A DNA stretch of 64,000 bases from Micavibrio sp. UBA1850 (GTDB taxonomy: Bacteria > Pseudomonadota > Alphaproteobacteria > Micavibrionales > Micavibrionaceae). Under the pieces are notes generated by a model that was not told where the DNA came from, searched no databases, and saw nothing but the letters and a program-made list of their open reading frames with translations. This document shows, piece by piece, positions 1-10,134 of this stretch (positions are counted from its first letter, which is position 1; the number at the start of each line of letters is the position of its first letter). The DNA lies in contig DDIM01000006.1 in assembly GCA_002338525.1 (NCBI GenBank), positions 15,315 to 79,314 on the forward strand, in the 5' to 3' direction. A program made the translations under genes and the position numbers.

Positions 1-2
1 TT

Positions 3-557
3 TTAATTCTGCATGGGCCAAGCGCAAGTGGAAAATCTCACTTGGCAGCTGTTTGGGCTGAGCGTACAAATGCAAGTTTTTGGAGTCCTGATGATGTCGT
101 GTCTGAAAAAACGTGCCAAAACCATAAAGCCATTGTAATTGAGCGCGCAGACTTGCTTATCGGGGATAAAGAGGCGGAAACGAAGCTTTTTCATTTATAC
201 AACATGGCTAAAGAAGAGCAGATGCATATATTGTGTACAATGGCACAGCCCCCCTCTCAGTTATCCTTTTGTGTTGCCGATCTCAGCTCTCGCCTTAGAA
301 GCGCACAATCAATAGGCATATCAGAACCAGATGATGCGCTATTAAGTGCTATAATTGTTAAGCTGTTTTTGGATAGGCAGATGCAAATATCGCCTGACGT
401 GTTGCGCTATATTCTGCCACGAATGGATCGTTCATTTGTTGCGGCGCGAAGGCTTGTCACAAACGCTGATAAAATGGCGCTTGCCGCTAAAAAGCCCGTG
501 TCTATTCCGCTTATGCGCCAAGTGTTGAGCCAGATGAACGATGATACTGTGCAGTAA
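3..557 (+). CDS. hdaA: DnaA-related replication regulator HdaA/Hda, 5' end cut by window edge
   Basis: The frame is open from nt 3. Nt 3-56 translate to LILHGPSASGKSHLAAVW, a P-loop of the GPxxSGKSHL type. The rest (ISPDVLRYILPRMDRSF...) looks like the AAA+ lid and C-terminal part of Hda proteins. Confidence 0.75.
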   Translation, partial: LILHGPSASGKSHLAAVWAERTNASFWSPDDVVSEKTCQNHKAIVIERADLLIGDKEAETKLFHLYNMAKEEQMHILCTMAQPPSQLSFCVADLSSRLRSAQSIGISEPDDALLSAIIVKLFLDRQMQISPDVLRYILPRMDRSFVAARRLVTNADKMALAAKKPVSIPLMRQVLSQMNDDTVQ

Positions 558-1026
558 TCATATTGGTGATAGATGCGCTGGATAGCTTCAAATCACTCCA
601 TTTTTGAATATTGATATTAAGTACGGTGAACGTGCAGGGGCTGTAGCTCATCAATCTAACGTCATCACGATATTGCGCAAGTAAGCGAACCAGTTCATGT
701 ACGCTGGGATTATGCCCAACAAGCAGTGCTTTTTCGTGCGCTTCGCCAATATTTTGAATGGCTGCAAAGTAATCTCCCGCAGTGCCTGTGTATAGATTAT
801 CGGGCGTGTCTATATTTACAGTTTTTAAATCAAGGGCCTCTAACGTCATCTGTGTGCGTTTAGCCGGCGAGCAAAGCACATATTCTGGAATGTAGCGCTC
901 TTTACCCATAACATGCCCCAAATGCGTAGCATCACGTATGCCTTTTTCGCTTAGCGGACGGTCAAAATCATCTAGATCTGGATGGCTAGGGGCTTCGGCG
1001 TGGCGGAGTATATAGATAGTTTTCAT
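511..1026 (-). CDS. sixA: SixA-type histidine phosphatase (phosphohistidine phosphatase family)
   Basis: MKTIYILRHAEA...RPLSEKG...LLVGHNP motifs. I placed the start at the internal ATG (1024-1026), which gives the usual ~170 aa instead of the 198-aa maximal ORF. Confidence 0.7.
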   Translation of the reverse strand: MKTIYILRHAEAPSHPDLDDFDRPLSEKGIRDATHLGHVMGKERYIPEYVLCSPAKRTQMTLEALDLKTVNIDTPDNLYTGTAGDYFAAIQNIGEAHEKALLVGHNPSVHELVRLLAQYRDDVRLMSYSPCTFTVLNINIQKWSDLKLSSASITNMITAQYHRSSGSTLGA

Positions 1027-1131
1027 TAAAATGCTTACTTTGAAGTTTGAGGGACTAGTCCTTGAATTATACAAGAATATAGCCGAAGATGCGAAGCTGT
1101 TTTTCAATAACTATGAAATATAAAGTGCAAA

Positions 1132-2394
1132 ATGAAATATCACGATATTCTTAATCACGCGTTTGAAGCCTGCTATAAATCGGCGCTTCCTAAAAATTGC
1201 CTGCCTTCCTATATTCCACAAACCCCACCCAATGGTAAGACTTATGTGATTGGCGCAGGTAAGGCAGCCGCAGAAATGGCCGCCATTTTTGAAGCGCATT
1301 ATGCGCATCCGTTTGAGGGTATGGTTGTTACACGTTATGGACATGCCGTTGAAACAAAGACAATAAAGGTCATGGAAGCCTCACACCCTGTACCTGACAA
1401 AGCAGGAGAAGACGCGGCAAAGGCGATGTTAGCCTATGTCGAGCAAGCACGTGAAGATGATCATGTGATTTGCCTCATATCGGGAGGTGGATCGGCGTTG
1501 CTGACATGCCCTGTCGATGGGGTTCCTTTTGACGATATTCAAGATTTAAACAAGCAGCTATTAGGGTGCGGCGCCTCAATTACCGAGATCAACACTGTGC
1601 GTAAACACCTCAATCAGGCATTTGGCGGTAAACTTTTGAAAGCAGCGTCCCCTGCCAAAGTGATAACCTTGTCAATTTCAGATGTATCCGGTGATGACAC
1701 ATCGACAATTGCCTCAGGACCGACTGTTGGAGACCCAACAACGCTATCAGAATGTTTGGAAATTATTCAAAAATACAATTTGAATACAAGCGATGCAATT
1801 TTGACGTATCTAGCGGATAAAGTACATGAAACGCCAAAACCTAATGACGCGATGTTCGAAAACTCGGAATATCACTTGATTGCAACGCCGCAAAAATCAT
1901 TAGAGGCCGCAGCCGCATATATCAAGGAACAGGGGTTTACCCCCATGATTCTCTCAAGCATGTTAGAAGGTGATACGGACCAAGTCGCCGACATGCATGT
2001 CGCACTGGTGAAACAAGTTATGCAGTATGAACAGCCTCTCAAGCGCCCCTGTGCCATAATCTCGGGGGGCGAGACAACGGTCACATTGCGTGGTACGGGA
2101 AGAGGCGGGCCAAATACGCAGTTCATGTTGAAGGCCGCCATTGAATTAAAAGGGCAAGACAATGTTTATGGCATTGCGTGTGACACAGATGGTATTGACG
2201 GAGCACAAGATAATGCAGGCGCGATCATTGATCCGGAGACATTAAAACGAGCACATCAGAAAAATATTGATGCCAAGGCATGCCTTGCCAATAACGACTC
2301 AGAGCTTTTCTTTCAAACAATAGGCAATCTTGTAACGCCGGGTCCCACATATACAAATGTGAATGATTTTCGCATGATTTTAATCACGAAGTGA
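1132..2394 (+). CDS. Glycerate 2-kinase / hydroxypyruvate reductase family (DUF4147 + MOFRL, TtuD/GckA type)
   Basis: 420 aa. GAGKAAAEMA near the N terminus, ISGGGSALL, and a C-terminal ISGGETTV...GRGGPNTQF...DTDGIDG block typical of MOFRL glycerate kinases. Confidence 0.75.
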   Translation: MKYHDILNHAFEACYKSALPKNCLPSYIPQTPPNGKTYVIGAGKAAAEMAAIFEAHYAHPFEGMVVTRYGHAVETKTIKVMEASHPVPDKAGEDAAKAMLAYVEQAREDDHVICLISGGGSALLTCPVDGVPFDDIQDLNKQLLGCGASITEINTVRKHLNQAFGGKLLKAASPAKVITLSISDVSGDDTSTIASGPTVGDPTTLSECLEIIQKYNLNTSDAILTYLADKVHETPKPNDAMFENSEYHLIATPQKSLEAAAAYIKEQGFTPMILSSMLEGDTDQVADMHVALVKQVMQYEQPLKRPCAIISGGETTVTLRGTGRGGPNTQFMLKAAIELKGQDNVYGIACDTDGIDGAQDNAGAIIDPETLKRAHQKNIDAKACLANNDSELFFQTIGNLVTPGPTYTNVNDFRMILITK

Positions 2395-2429
2395 TAAGCG
2401 GCATTGTTTAGCAGCATTGTAGTGTAGAA

Positions 2430-4418
2430 TTACTCTACAATTTTTAGCCATGCGATTTGGTGGCGGTCGAGTGTGACCGTCAATGTGTTGCCCTCTAAAT
2501 TATACAACACATCATTTCCTAGAATGTTTTCAATTTTGCATCCTTGCTTAACGGTGATGGTTCCGCTTACTGTGCGTTTATGACAGTTCGTTAATGTGAG
2601 TATTTTCTCATCATTATGAGGGCTGGTGCGTAACACAGAATATATAGGGCGACGTTTTGCGTTGGCTTCGTAATGTACAACGCCCACTTCACATTTTGCA
2701 TATGGACTAAAGGCAGAGTATTGACGACGCGTTTGGATAAGGTGTTTTTTACTATTGAATATCTTTGCGCGAAGGATTTCGTAATCCGTCACTGGATTTT
2801 CAAGTGCCTTGGCGAAATTCTCGGCGCTGACTAACCCTCTATTTTTGTTACGCCTATGTCCGGCGATATAGTATAGTTCATCTTCGTTCAAAAGTCCGGT
2901 AATCACGCCCATATAATCAGCAGGCACACAATGGGGCGCTGAATATATGAAAGATTGGGACGCAAGAAAACGGTCGACAATTTTATTTGTTTCTTCTGCT
3001 GTCAGACGGTTCCCCATCAATGCAGCATGTTCTGGTGGTGACATGGTCGCCTGTAACCATGTGATGCATGCCTCATAAGGCACACGCTTTTGCTTGCCGT
3101 TAATCACTTTACTTTTATAGTTGATGCCACCGCCACGACGCTCAATCTGGTGAAGCAACTCATCAAGCGCAGACGTACCGCGCTTAACATCTGGAACATC
3201 AGCCATCGGCAATACACCAATCCCGTCATGAGAATTTGTGAACGCAAGACCAATGCATTCGGGATCTTTGTTACGCTCTTGAGCCCAATCCATAATAGCC
3301 GACGCATCATTTTGATAGATTGAATATAAAGAAAGCGGTGCAGACGGGAATTCATATACAAGATGACCTTCGTCATGATTTTCGCCGTAGTAGGTTTTAA
3401 TCACATCTTTTGTTGCGTTAACCTCTGGCACAAGCGTAAGCGCTGGAGCCACATCAGTGAAATAAGCACGTATAGCCTTCAGAACATTGTGCGTTTCTTC
3501 AATCCCAAATGAGTGCGTAGAGGCCTCTCGAGGGGCAATACCAAACATCTTCACGAGATAACCAACAGCATCTAATCGTACCCAGCTGGCGCCCTGGCCT
3601 ATGAAATCTTTCACAAGTGCTTCCATTAATGCGCAAAACACCTTTGGGTTTTTGATGTTAATGTCAGCTTGTGTTGCGCTAAACGTACACCAAACATGTT
3701 TCGTTTCGCCTTTACTGTTTTGATACGCAATAAGCGGGTTATGCTCACGTGGGCGGAAAATAAGGTTCCAATCCAAATCTTTGATCTGATCTTCAGGGAT
3801 TGTAACAAAGAAATCTTCGTAGCCTTCCTCATCTTCCAAGAATTTCTTGAACCAGTCTCCCTCAACGGAGAGGTGGTTAAGTACAAAATCAAACATCAAT
3901 TCGGCTTCAATGCCGTCTAAATCTTCTGCTGTGCCGTAATAAGGATCCATTTTGAAGTCGAGCGCCTCAAAACCTCCATCGGCACGAGCCGCAGGCCCCT
4001 TTACGCCTTCATGTATAATAGGGCTTTTGAAATGTGGTAAAATATGAAGGTGTGAATATAAATCTGAAAGATGAGAATTGTAAAAATTCTGCAAACGCTT
4101 TGCAGGGCTTTCATCTGTTTCGCTGCGAATATGGTCAATATAGGAAATACATAGCGTTGTTTTTTCGCTGAAACGATCATGTTTTGTATAGTTTTTGGGA
4201 GCATCCTTAATAAATTGGGGCGGATTGTCACGAAGCCACTCGGCCAAATCTATGAGGTGATAACGGATCTCTTTCAGTTCACGCAACGTGTATAAACCGC
4301 GGTTTTTGCCTGCCCACTCGTTCTTTACAAGTAAATTGCCAATACGCTCTAGTGTGTCCTCAGTTAATGATGTGCCCTCAGGCGTTTTCACAGGTTTGGG
4401 AGACGATTGTACACTCAT
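2430..4418 (-). CDS. GH13 sucrose-phosphorylase-like glycoside phosphorylase (GH13_18-like) with N-terminal extension
   Basis: WVRLDAVGYLVK (nucleophile region), LVPEVNAT (acid/base region) and FTNSHDGIGV (region IV) match the sucrose / glucosylglycerate phosphorylase signature. At 662 aa it is ~100 aa longer than usual at the N terminus. Confidence 0.65.
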   Translation of the reverse strand: MSVQSSPKPVKTPEGTSLTEDTLERIGNLLVKNEWAGKNRGLYTLRELKEIRYHLIDLAEWLRDNPPQFIKDAPKNYTKHDRFSEKTTLCISYIDHIRSETDESPAKRLQNFYNSHLSDLYSHLHILPHFKSPIIHEGVKGPAARADGGFEALDFKMDPYYGTAEDLDGIEAELMFDFVLNHLSVEGDWFKKFLEDEEGYEDFFVTIPEDQIKDLDWNLIFRPREHNPLIAYQNSKGETKHVWCTFSATQADINIKNPKVFCALMEALVKDFIGQGASWVRLDAVGYLVKMFGIAPREASTHSFGIEETHNVLKAIRAYFTDVAPALTLVPEVNATKDVIKTYYGENHDEGHLVYEFPSAPLSLYSIYQNDASAIMDWAQERNKDPECIGLAFTNSHDGIGVLPMADVPDVKRGTSALDELLHQIERRGGGINYKSKVINGKQKRVPYEACITWLQATMSPPEHAALMGNRLTAEETNKIVDRFLASQSFIYSAPHCVPADYMGVITGLLNEDELYYIAGHRRNKNRGLVSAENFAKALENPVTDYEILRAKIFNSKKHLIQTRRQYSAFSPYAKCEVGVVHYEANAKRRPIYSVLRTSPHNDEKILTLTNCHKRTVSGTITVKQGCKIENILGNDVLYNLEGNTLTVTLDRHQIAWLKIVE

Positions 4419-4634
4419 ATTTATAACTCTTTGTCTTATTTGTATTTATAGCTTCACTGTGGCTATTTTTGTTTTTATAGTTTAGACAAAAGCATAGTGC
4501 TTACCGCCCATCTATACCGTTAGGAAAAAGTTTTATCAGGTCTCCTAAAATTTAGAAAGCACTTTATGTTTGCACTTTACGTAATTATATTATATAACAT
4601 GGCCACATTTTAAAAATGACAAGGGTTTAGCTGA

Positions 4635-5996
4635 ATGACAACACTGAAGCAGTCGCATAGACGTATTACTCAAGTTCCTATAATGGAAACAGCAACATTG
4701 GACATTGTAAAAAGCCATGTTGAAAACAGTGATAAAATGAAAGTCTTGGTTTTGCCAGCACTCTATCGAGAGTTTCAAAAATCTGATGGCGCGCAAAGTG
4801 CAATGGAGGGAATTCTTCCTGTTTTAAAAAATGCAGACTACATCGATCATATTGTATTGGGCTTAGATGGGGCAAATAAAGATCAATACCAAGAAGTATT
4901 ATCTTTAATGAAAAAAGCGGACCTCCCGCAAAAATTGCATGTGTTGTGGAATGATGGCCCAGAGATTGCCAATTGGCGTGAATCACTGGCGTCTCAAGAT
5001 CATGACAATAGACCTTTGGCCCCAAATAAAAAGGGGAAGGGGCGCAATGTTTGGGGATGTGCCGGATATGCTAAAGCCTTGATGGAGCAAGAAGGGGTTG
5101 CACCAGAAAACACGATTATCGCAATGCATGATACAGACATTGTCACTTATGATGAGTTTCTGGTTGCTCGATTGTTTCAGCCTATGAGTTTGGATCAGGA
5201 CAATGAAACAAAATACGTGAAGGGGAACTACCCACGATATACGGACGAAAAGCTTAACGGGCGTGTAACACGTTTGTTTGGTCCACCTCTCATAGATGCG
5301 CTTGCGCGTTCAATTCAGGATAACCCTGAATACAACACGTCAGGTACAAGAGAGCTCGTGCATTTCTTTCGATCATTCCAATACATGTTTTCTGGCGAAA
5401 TGGCATTTTCGGGAGATATGCTAAACGACATTGAATTGCCAAATGATTATTCAATGGAAATTAGAATTTTGGAGCAGGTTTACTCAGCCACAAATGATAC
5501 GATGCCTAATGCCATTATGGATGTACAACTAGCAAACCGTTATGACCATCACCATCAGGGGATGGACGGCTTGGAAGAGATGACAACGCAAATTGCCGCA
5601 GCCTTATTTGATATAGTTAACAAAAAGGTGGAATTAACGGCGTTTGACGTAAATACGATTGCAAATAAATACGCAAATCGCGGAGAGCTTTTAGCCAAAA
5701 AATTTGGCCGTGTTGCCGAAATGAATGGGCTAAGCTCAAACGTCGATAAAGAGGAAAAGTCAGTAGTGACGTTTTCCAAAACATTATTAAAAGCGTTAGA
5801 GCGTGTTGAAGCAGGTCTAGAAAAGCCAAGCCATAGCTGGAGCATGATTTCACATGTTGCCCCTGACGCGACAACGAATTTGTATAAAGCGGTACTGAGA
5901 AGCGGAGGTATCTTGGAAAAAGATATCGCGACCGTGCATGGCGCAAACGACAATACTGCAAACGCGCCGGGATTTATCTCAAAGTTAACGAGATAA
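4635..5996 (+). CDS. GT-A fold glycosyltransferase resembling mannosyl/glucosyl-glycerate or glycosyl-3-phosphoglycerate synthases
   Basis: KGKGRNVWG..., IIAMHDTDIVTY (DxD-type motif) and GNYPRYTDEKLNGRVTRL line up by eye with the GKGDGMN / FYDADI / HYFPR blocks of mannosylglycerate-synthase-like enzymes. An alternative start is at 4683. Confidence 0.45.
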   Translation: MTTLKQSHRRITQVPIMETATLDIVKSHVENSDKMKVLVLPALYREFQKSDGAQSAMEGILPVLKNADYIDHIVLGLDGANKDQYQEVLSLMKKADLPQKLHVLWNDGPEIANWRESLASQDHDNRPLAPNKKGKGRNVWGCAGYAKALMEQEGVAPENTIIAMHDTDIVTYDEFLVARLFQPMSLDQDNETKYVKGNYPRYTDEKLNGRVTRLFGPPLIDALARSIQDNPEYNTSGTRELVHFFRSFQYMFSGEMAFSGDMLNDIELPNDYSMEIRILEQVYSATNDTMPNAIMDVQLANRYDHHHQGMDGLEEMTTQIAAALFDIVNKKVELTAFDVNTIANKYANRGELLAKKFGRVAEMNGLSSNVDKEEKSVVTFSKTLLKALERVEAGLEKPSHSWSMISHVAPDATTNLYKAVLRSGGILEKDIATVHGANDNTANAPGFISKLTR

Positions 5997-6021
5997 CTAA
6001 AACCATGAAAAACCGTGAGGG

Positions 6022-7173
6022 TCAGACGATTTTAATTTGACCCTCAACAAGGCGAAGTCCAGTATCTCCCGCAATCAATGCAATGGCTGCGTCCCCAAAA
6101 ACCTTCTTACGCCATCCAGTTAGCGCTGGAACGTCGGCTTGTGCGCCGTGGCGTGCCATGGCTTCTAAATCTTCAGAAGAGGCAAGCAGGCGAGGGGCAA
6201 CATCGTTTTCTGCGGCTAAGATCTTCAACACCATTTTAAGCATCTCATAGGCCCCTTGATATTGTTTTGGAAGAGGCTTTTTCTTTTTAATCTCAGGGCA
6301 CTCTTCAATAGGGATTTGATGCGCTGTTTTAACAGCATTTAGCAAAGCATGCCCTAAATCCTTACTTTCGCACCCTTTTGGGAAATTTCTAATACGAGTT
6401 AGATCTTGCGGCTTTTTAGGTGGATTGTATGATAAATCAATAATCGTTTCATCGCGCAAAATGCGTGTGCGCGGTACATCTTTTTGCTGCGCCTTTGCCT
6501 CGCGCCACGCTGCCACTTCCTTAAGAACAGCCATTTGACGAGGTTTTGGAGATTTTATTTTCAAACGCTGCCATGCCTCGTCGGGTTTGACTTCGTAAAG
6601 GGCGGGGTTAAGTAACGCCTCAGTTTCTTCTAAAACCCACGTTTTCCGACCTCGTTTTTCCAAAAGTTCGACAAGCTTTTCGTAGGCATCAACCAGATAC
6701 ACAACATCGTTCATCGCATATTTTTTTTGCTTGTCGCTTAAGGGGCGCTTAGACCAATCCGTAAATTGCTGTCCTTTATCAACCTCCAGATCGGTCGTTT
6801 GCGTGACCAAGGGATCAAAACCAATTTGATCACCAAACCCACATACCATAGCAGCAATTTGTGTATCAAATAGCGGTTTAGGCAGTGATTTAAACATCGT
6901 GTAGAAAATCTCCAAATCTTGACGTGGAGCATGAAAAACTTTGATGATGTTTGGGTCGTTAAATAGCTCGAGAAGAGGTGTTAAATCCATATCAGGGGCT
7001 TCGATAACATCAATGAGCGCGCCATTTTTATCGGGCCCAGAGACCTGAACGAGGCATAGTTTGGCATAATATGTGCGTTCACGAAGGAACTCTGTGTCGA
7101 CAGTGATATATGGTTGATCCACAAGTTGGGCGCAAAAATCGGCTAAATCTGTGTTGTTTGTGATAATTTTCAT
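6022..7173 (-). CDS. rnd: Ribonuclease D
   Basis: [31 protein letters not shown] and [11 protein letters not shown] (DEDDy 3'-5' exonuclease motifs), followed by an HRDC-like C-terminal part. Confidence 0.9.
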   Translation of the reverse strand: MKIITNNTDLADFCAQLVDQPYITVDTEFLRERTYYAKLCLVQVSGPDKNGALIDVIEAPDMDLTPLLELFNDPNIIKVFHAPRQDLEIFYTMFKSLPKPLFDTQIAAMVCGFGDQIGFDPLVTQTTDLEVDKGQQFTDWSKRPLSDKQKKYAMNDVVYLVDAYEKLVELLEKRGRKTWVLEETEALLNPALYEVKPDEAWQRLKIKSPKPRQMAVLKEVAAWREAKAQQKDVPRTRILRDETIIDLSYNPPKKPQDLTRIRNFPKGCESKDLGHALLNAVKTAHQIPIEECPEIKKKKPLPKQYQGAYEMLKMVLKILAAENDVAPRLLASSEDLEAMARHGAQADVPALTGWRKKVFGDAAIALIAGDTGLRLVEGQIKIV

Positions 7174-7258
7174 GAATTTACACTTTGTTTTTTATTTTGG
7201 TAACGGTATAACACTTGGGTTAATAGAACAATATAAACAATTACTGAAAGACCAAATC

Positions 7259-9076
7259 ATGCACGCATATCGTACGCACCATTGTGGAGAATTGAGACAA
7301 GCAAACGTCGGAGACACTGTAAAATTGTCTGGATGGATCAATCGTAAGCGTGACCATGGGGGCGTGTTGTTTATCGATTTACGCGACACATATGGCGTAA
7401 CACAATGTGTTGTGGATGAAGGATCACCTCTATTGTCAACGGTTGAGGCATGGAGAAACGAGTCAGTAATTACAATTGTTGGTCAAGTGCGCGAGCGCCC
7501 GGGTGAGACCGCCAACGACAAATTGCCAACAGGTGCCATCGAAGTATATATCGATGAGGCAACGCTTCAATCAGCTGCAGACGTAATTCCGTTTCAAGTC
7601 GCAGAAGATGACGGAACAGGCGAAGATTTGCGTCTTAGATATCGTTACCTTGATTTGCGCCGCGAGCAAATGCAAAAGAAAATTCGCCTCAGAAACAATG
7701 TGACATCGTCATTGCGCCGTCGCATGATCGAGCAAAACTTTCAAGAGTTCCAAACACCAATTCTGACAGCCTCTAGCCCAGAAGGTGCGCGTGACTATCT
7801 TGTGCCATCTCGTTTGCACCCAGGCAAATTCTACGCGCTCCCACAGGCGCCACAGCAGTTCAAGCAATTGTTGATGATGTCAGGGTTTGATCGCTATTTC
7901 CAAATAGCACCATGTTTCCGTGATGAAGATGGCCGTGCAGACCGTTTGGCAGAGTTTTACCAACTCGACGTTGAAATGTCATTTGTCACCCAAGAAGAAG
8001 TTTTTGAAACAATGGAGCCTGTGATTAAAGGCATGTTCGAAGAGTTTTCAGACTTCACAGGCACAAAACGTGACATTCAATGGATGCCGCATATCCGCTA
8101 CGAAGATGCGATGATGAAATATGGCTCAGACAAGCCTGACCTTCGTAACCCACTAGAAATCGTAGATGTAAGTGACGTATTTGCGCGCGATGACGTTGAA
8201 TTCAAAGCCTTCAAAGGTGTGCTTGCAAATGGCGGCGTTGTGCGTGCTATTCGTGCGCCACAAGTGGCCGACCAGCCTCGCTCATTCTTCGACAAGCTTA
8301 ACAGCTGGGCGCAATCACAAGGCGCACCAGGATTGGGCTACATTGCCTTTGCCGATGGCGAGGGCAAAGGGCCAATAGCTAAATTTGTCCCTGAGGCCGC
8401 ACAAGCTCAGCTTAAAGAGATTGCAGGATTAGAAGACAGCGACGCTATTTTCTTCATCTGTGATCAAAAAGCGAAAGCCGAGAAAATGGCAGGGGCTGCA
8501 CGTGATGCAATTTGTGATGCGCTTCCAGAAGATCATACATATGCACGTGAGAAAAATGTTTATAAATTCTGCTGGATCATTGATTTCCCAATGTATGAAG
8601 CAGACGAAGCCACTGGTAAAGTTGATTTCTCTCATAACCCATTCTCAATGCCACAAGGCGGTATGGATGATTTGGAAAACAAAGACCCGCTAGACATTTA
8701 TGCATACCAGTATGACTGTGTTTGTAACGGCTTTGAACTCTGTTCAGGCGCGATTAGAAATCACAGCCCTGAAATTATGGCAAAAGCATTTAGCCTTGCT
8801 GGTTATGGCCAAGAAACACTTGAAAAAGAGTTTGGCGGGATGCTTAACGCCATGCGTTACGGCGCACCACCACACGGCGGTTGTGCATTTGGTCTAGACC
8901 GTATGGTTATGTTACTTGCCGATGAGCCAAACTTGCGTGAAGTTTATGCGTTTGTGATGAACGGTCAATATGAAGACCAGCTTATGAGCGCGCCAAGTGA
9001 CATCACGCCAGAACAGCTTAAGGATCTACACATTAAGCTTAATCTTCCTAAAGAGATTAAGACTGAGGCGGCGTAA
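7259..9076 (+). CDS. aspS: Aspartate--tRNA ligase
   Basis: [13 protein letters not shown]...[19 protein letters not shown] (OB fold), [26 protein letters not shown] and [14 protein letters not shown] class II motifs. The start is the internal ATG at 7259; the upstream 36 codons of the maximal ORF are AT-rich intergenic sequence. Confidence 0.95.
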   Translation: MHAYRTHHCGELRQANVGDTVKLSGWINRKRDHGGVLFIDLRDTYGVTQCVVDEGSPLLSTVEAWRNESVITIVGQVRERPGETANDKLPTGAIEVYIDEATLQSAADVIPFQVAEDDGTGEDLRLRYRYLDLRREQMQKKIRLRNNVTSSLRRRMIEQNFQEFQTPILTASSPEGARDYLVPSRLHPGKFYALPQAPQQFKQLLMMSGFDRYFQIAPCFRDEDGRADRLAEFYQLDVEMSFVTQEEVFETMEPVIKGMFEEFSDFTGTKRDIQWMPHIRYEDAMMKYGSDKPDLRNPLEIVDVSDVFARDDVEFKAFKGVLANGGVVRAIRAPQVADQPRSFFDKLNSWAQSQGAPGLGYIAFADGEGKGPIAKFVPEAAQAQLKEIAGLEDSDAIFFICDQKAKAEKMAGAARDAICDALPEDHTYAREKNVYKFCWIIDFPMYEADEATGKVDFSHNPFSMPQGGMDDLENKDPLDIYAYQYDCVCNGFELCSGAIRNHSPEIMAKAFSLAGYGQETLEKEFGGMLNAMRYGAPPHGGCAFGLDRMVMLLADEPNLREVYAFVMNGQYEDQLMSAPSDITPEQLKDLHIKLNLPKEIKTEAA

Positions 9077-9106
9077 GCCAGCAAACTTAAAGTGATAAAT
9101 ATAAAA

Positions 9107-9134
9107 AGAGCGGCTTTGGCGGCTCTTTTTTTTT
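9107..9134 (+). terminator. Rho-independent terminator after aspS
   Basis: AGAGCGGC-TTTG-GCGGCTCT hairpin (7 of 8 pairs) followed by a T8 run. Confidence 0.6.
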
Positions 9135-9226
9135 GTGCAAAACGGTGGGTAGGTTGGCAAGCTTATTTGACAAAAGAATGTAAAATGTGGCCTAATGTTT
9201 TCATAATAAATGAAAGGTGTAAAAGC

Positions 9227-9646
9227 ATGAGTAATTTACAAACAGCGTTCTGCTTAGTTGTGAAAAATGATCCAAGCCAAGGCGTGCAGATTGCAGTAAC
9301 AAAAGGGGAACTTGCAGATAAGCAATTTACAGGTTTGCCATGTGTAACGGGTAACCCACAAAATACACAATTTCTAAAACCTATAAAATCAATATTAGAT
9401 CAGTTTGATGTTACATCGCAGCGTGTCATTCATATACCCGAACTGATGGGTGCCAAGCATAAATCAATGGGTGTCGTGGCAGAGGTGGCAATGGATACGA
9501 CAGTAGATAAACCATTTGAGTTTATTCCCCTTACGGGCGCGTATACCCAGCTGTCAAATCCTCAAATGCAAAATGCGGTTGTGCAGCTTTGTAGTATATA
9601 TAAGCAACCACTGGTCAACCCTACGCGAAACGCATTGCCTGCCTAA
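9227..9646 (+). CDS. Hypothetical protein (139 aa)
   Basis: Open frame starting at ATG 9227, after the aspS terminator. I recognise no motif. Confidence 0.4.
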   Translation: MSNLQTAFCLVVKNDPSQGVQIAVTKGELADKQFTGLPCVTGNPQNTQFLKPIKSILDQFDVTSQRVIHIPELMGAKHKSMGVVAEVAMDTTVDKPFEFIPLTGAYTQLSNPQMQNAVVQLCSIYKQPLVNPTRNALPA

Positions 9647-9669
9647 ATGGTTATAAAGAAAAGGTATTT

Positions 9670-10131
9670 CTATTCTTTGTCTTTGGGTTTGTCTTTAGGG
9701 GCATCTTTGTGCTCGTGTGGAGCGTAGTAAAGCTTTTCATAGCTATCAACGAGCATACGCAATGACTCGACATATTTTAAGTCTGTCGTTTGTTTCGCCT
9801 TCATAGCATCAATTGTAATTTGATGAATACGCATCAATTGTGGAAGGTAATTCGTCACATCTGGTTTCAAGCGCTGCGCAAGAAAATACTGCGCCATAAT
9901 GTCTTGAATCTTTTGGGCGTGCTCTTCTTTATTCACTGTCCATCTCGTCACATCATGCATGTTATCAGTGGCACTTATTTCTTGCATCGACTTTTCAATA
10001 GTCGTGATGTGTTGTTCCAGCTGCGTAAAAACCATGGAATCGTCATATATACCGCATGGAATTTGACAGTGGGCATGCGCCATAGATAAAGGCGTTAGAA
10101 GGGCAAATAAAGTCGCGATATATTTTAACAT
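9670..10131 (-). CDS. sodN: Nickel-containing superoxide dismutase (Ni-SOD) precursor
   Basis: HCQIPCGIYDD matches the Ni-hook His-Cys-x-x-Pro-Cys-Gly-x-Tyr. The body is a four-helix-bundle-like ~115 aa. It is preceded by the 20-aa leader MLKYIATLFALLTPLSMAHA. Confidence 0.85.
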   Translation of the reverse strand: MLKYIATLFALLTPLSMAHAHCQIPCGIYDDSMVFTQLEQHITTIEKSMQEISATDNMHDVTRWTVNKEEHAQKIQDIMAQYFLAQRLKPDVTNYLPQLMRIHQITIDAMKAKQTTDLKYVESLRMLVDSYEKLYYAPHEHKDAPKDKPKDKE

Positions 10132-10134
10132 AGT

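Noticed and set aside
511-557. 47-bp convergent overlap of the hdaA and sixA 3' ends, as a possible sign of misannotation or an antisense regulatory element
   Set aside because: Both reading frames carry family motifs up to near their ends, and convergent overlaps of this size do occur. There is no further structure to support a special element.
2416-2447. Possible bidirectional terminator between the glycerate kinase and GH13 genes (ATTGTAG…CTACAAT followed by TTTTT)
   Set aside because: The stem is short and AT-rich, alternative pairings compete, and it overlaps the last codons of the GH13 gene. This is too weak to call.
7151-7258. N-terminal 36-codon extension of the aspS maximal ORF (and its overlap with the rnd start)
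   Set aside because: The extension is hydrophobic, AT-rich intergenic-looking sequence. The conserved AspRS N terminus begins at the ATG at 7259.
9092-9226. Upstream extension of the 9092-9646 ORF
   Set aside because: The extension reads through the aspS terminator hairpin and T run (9107-9134). The start at 9227 is more plausible.
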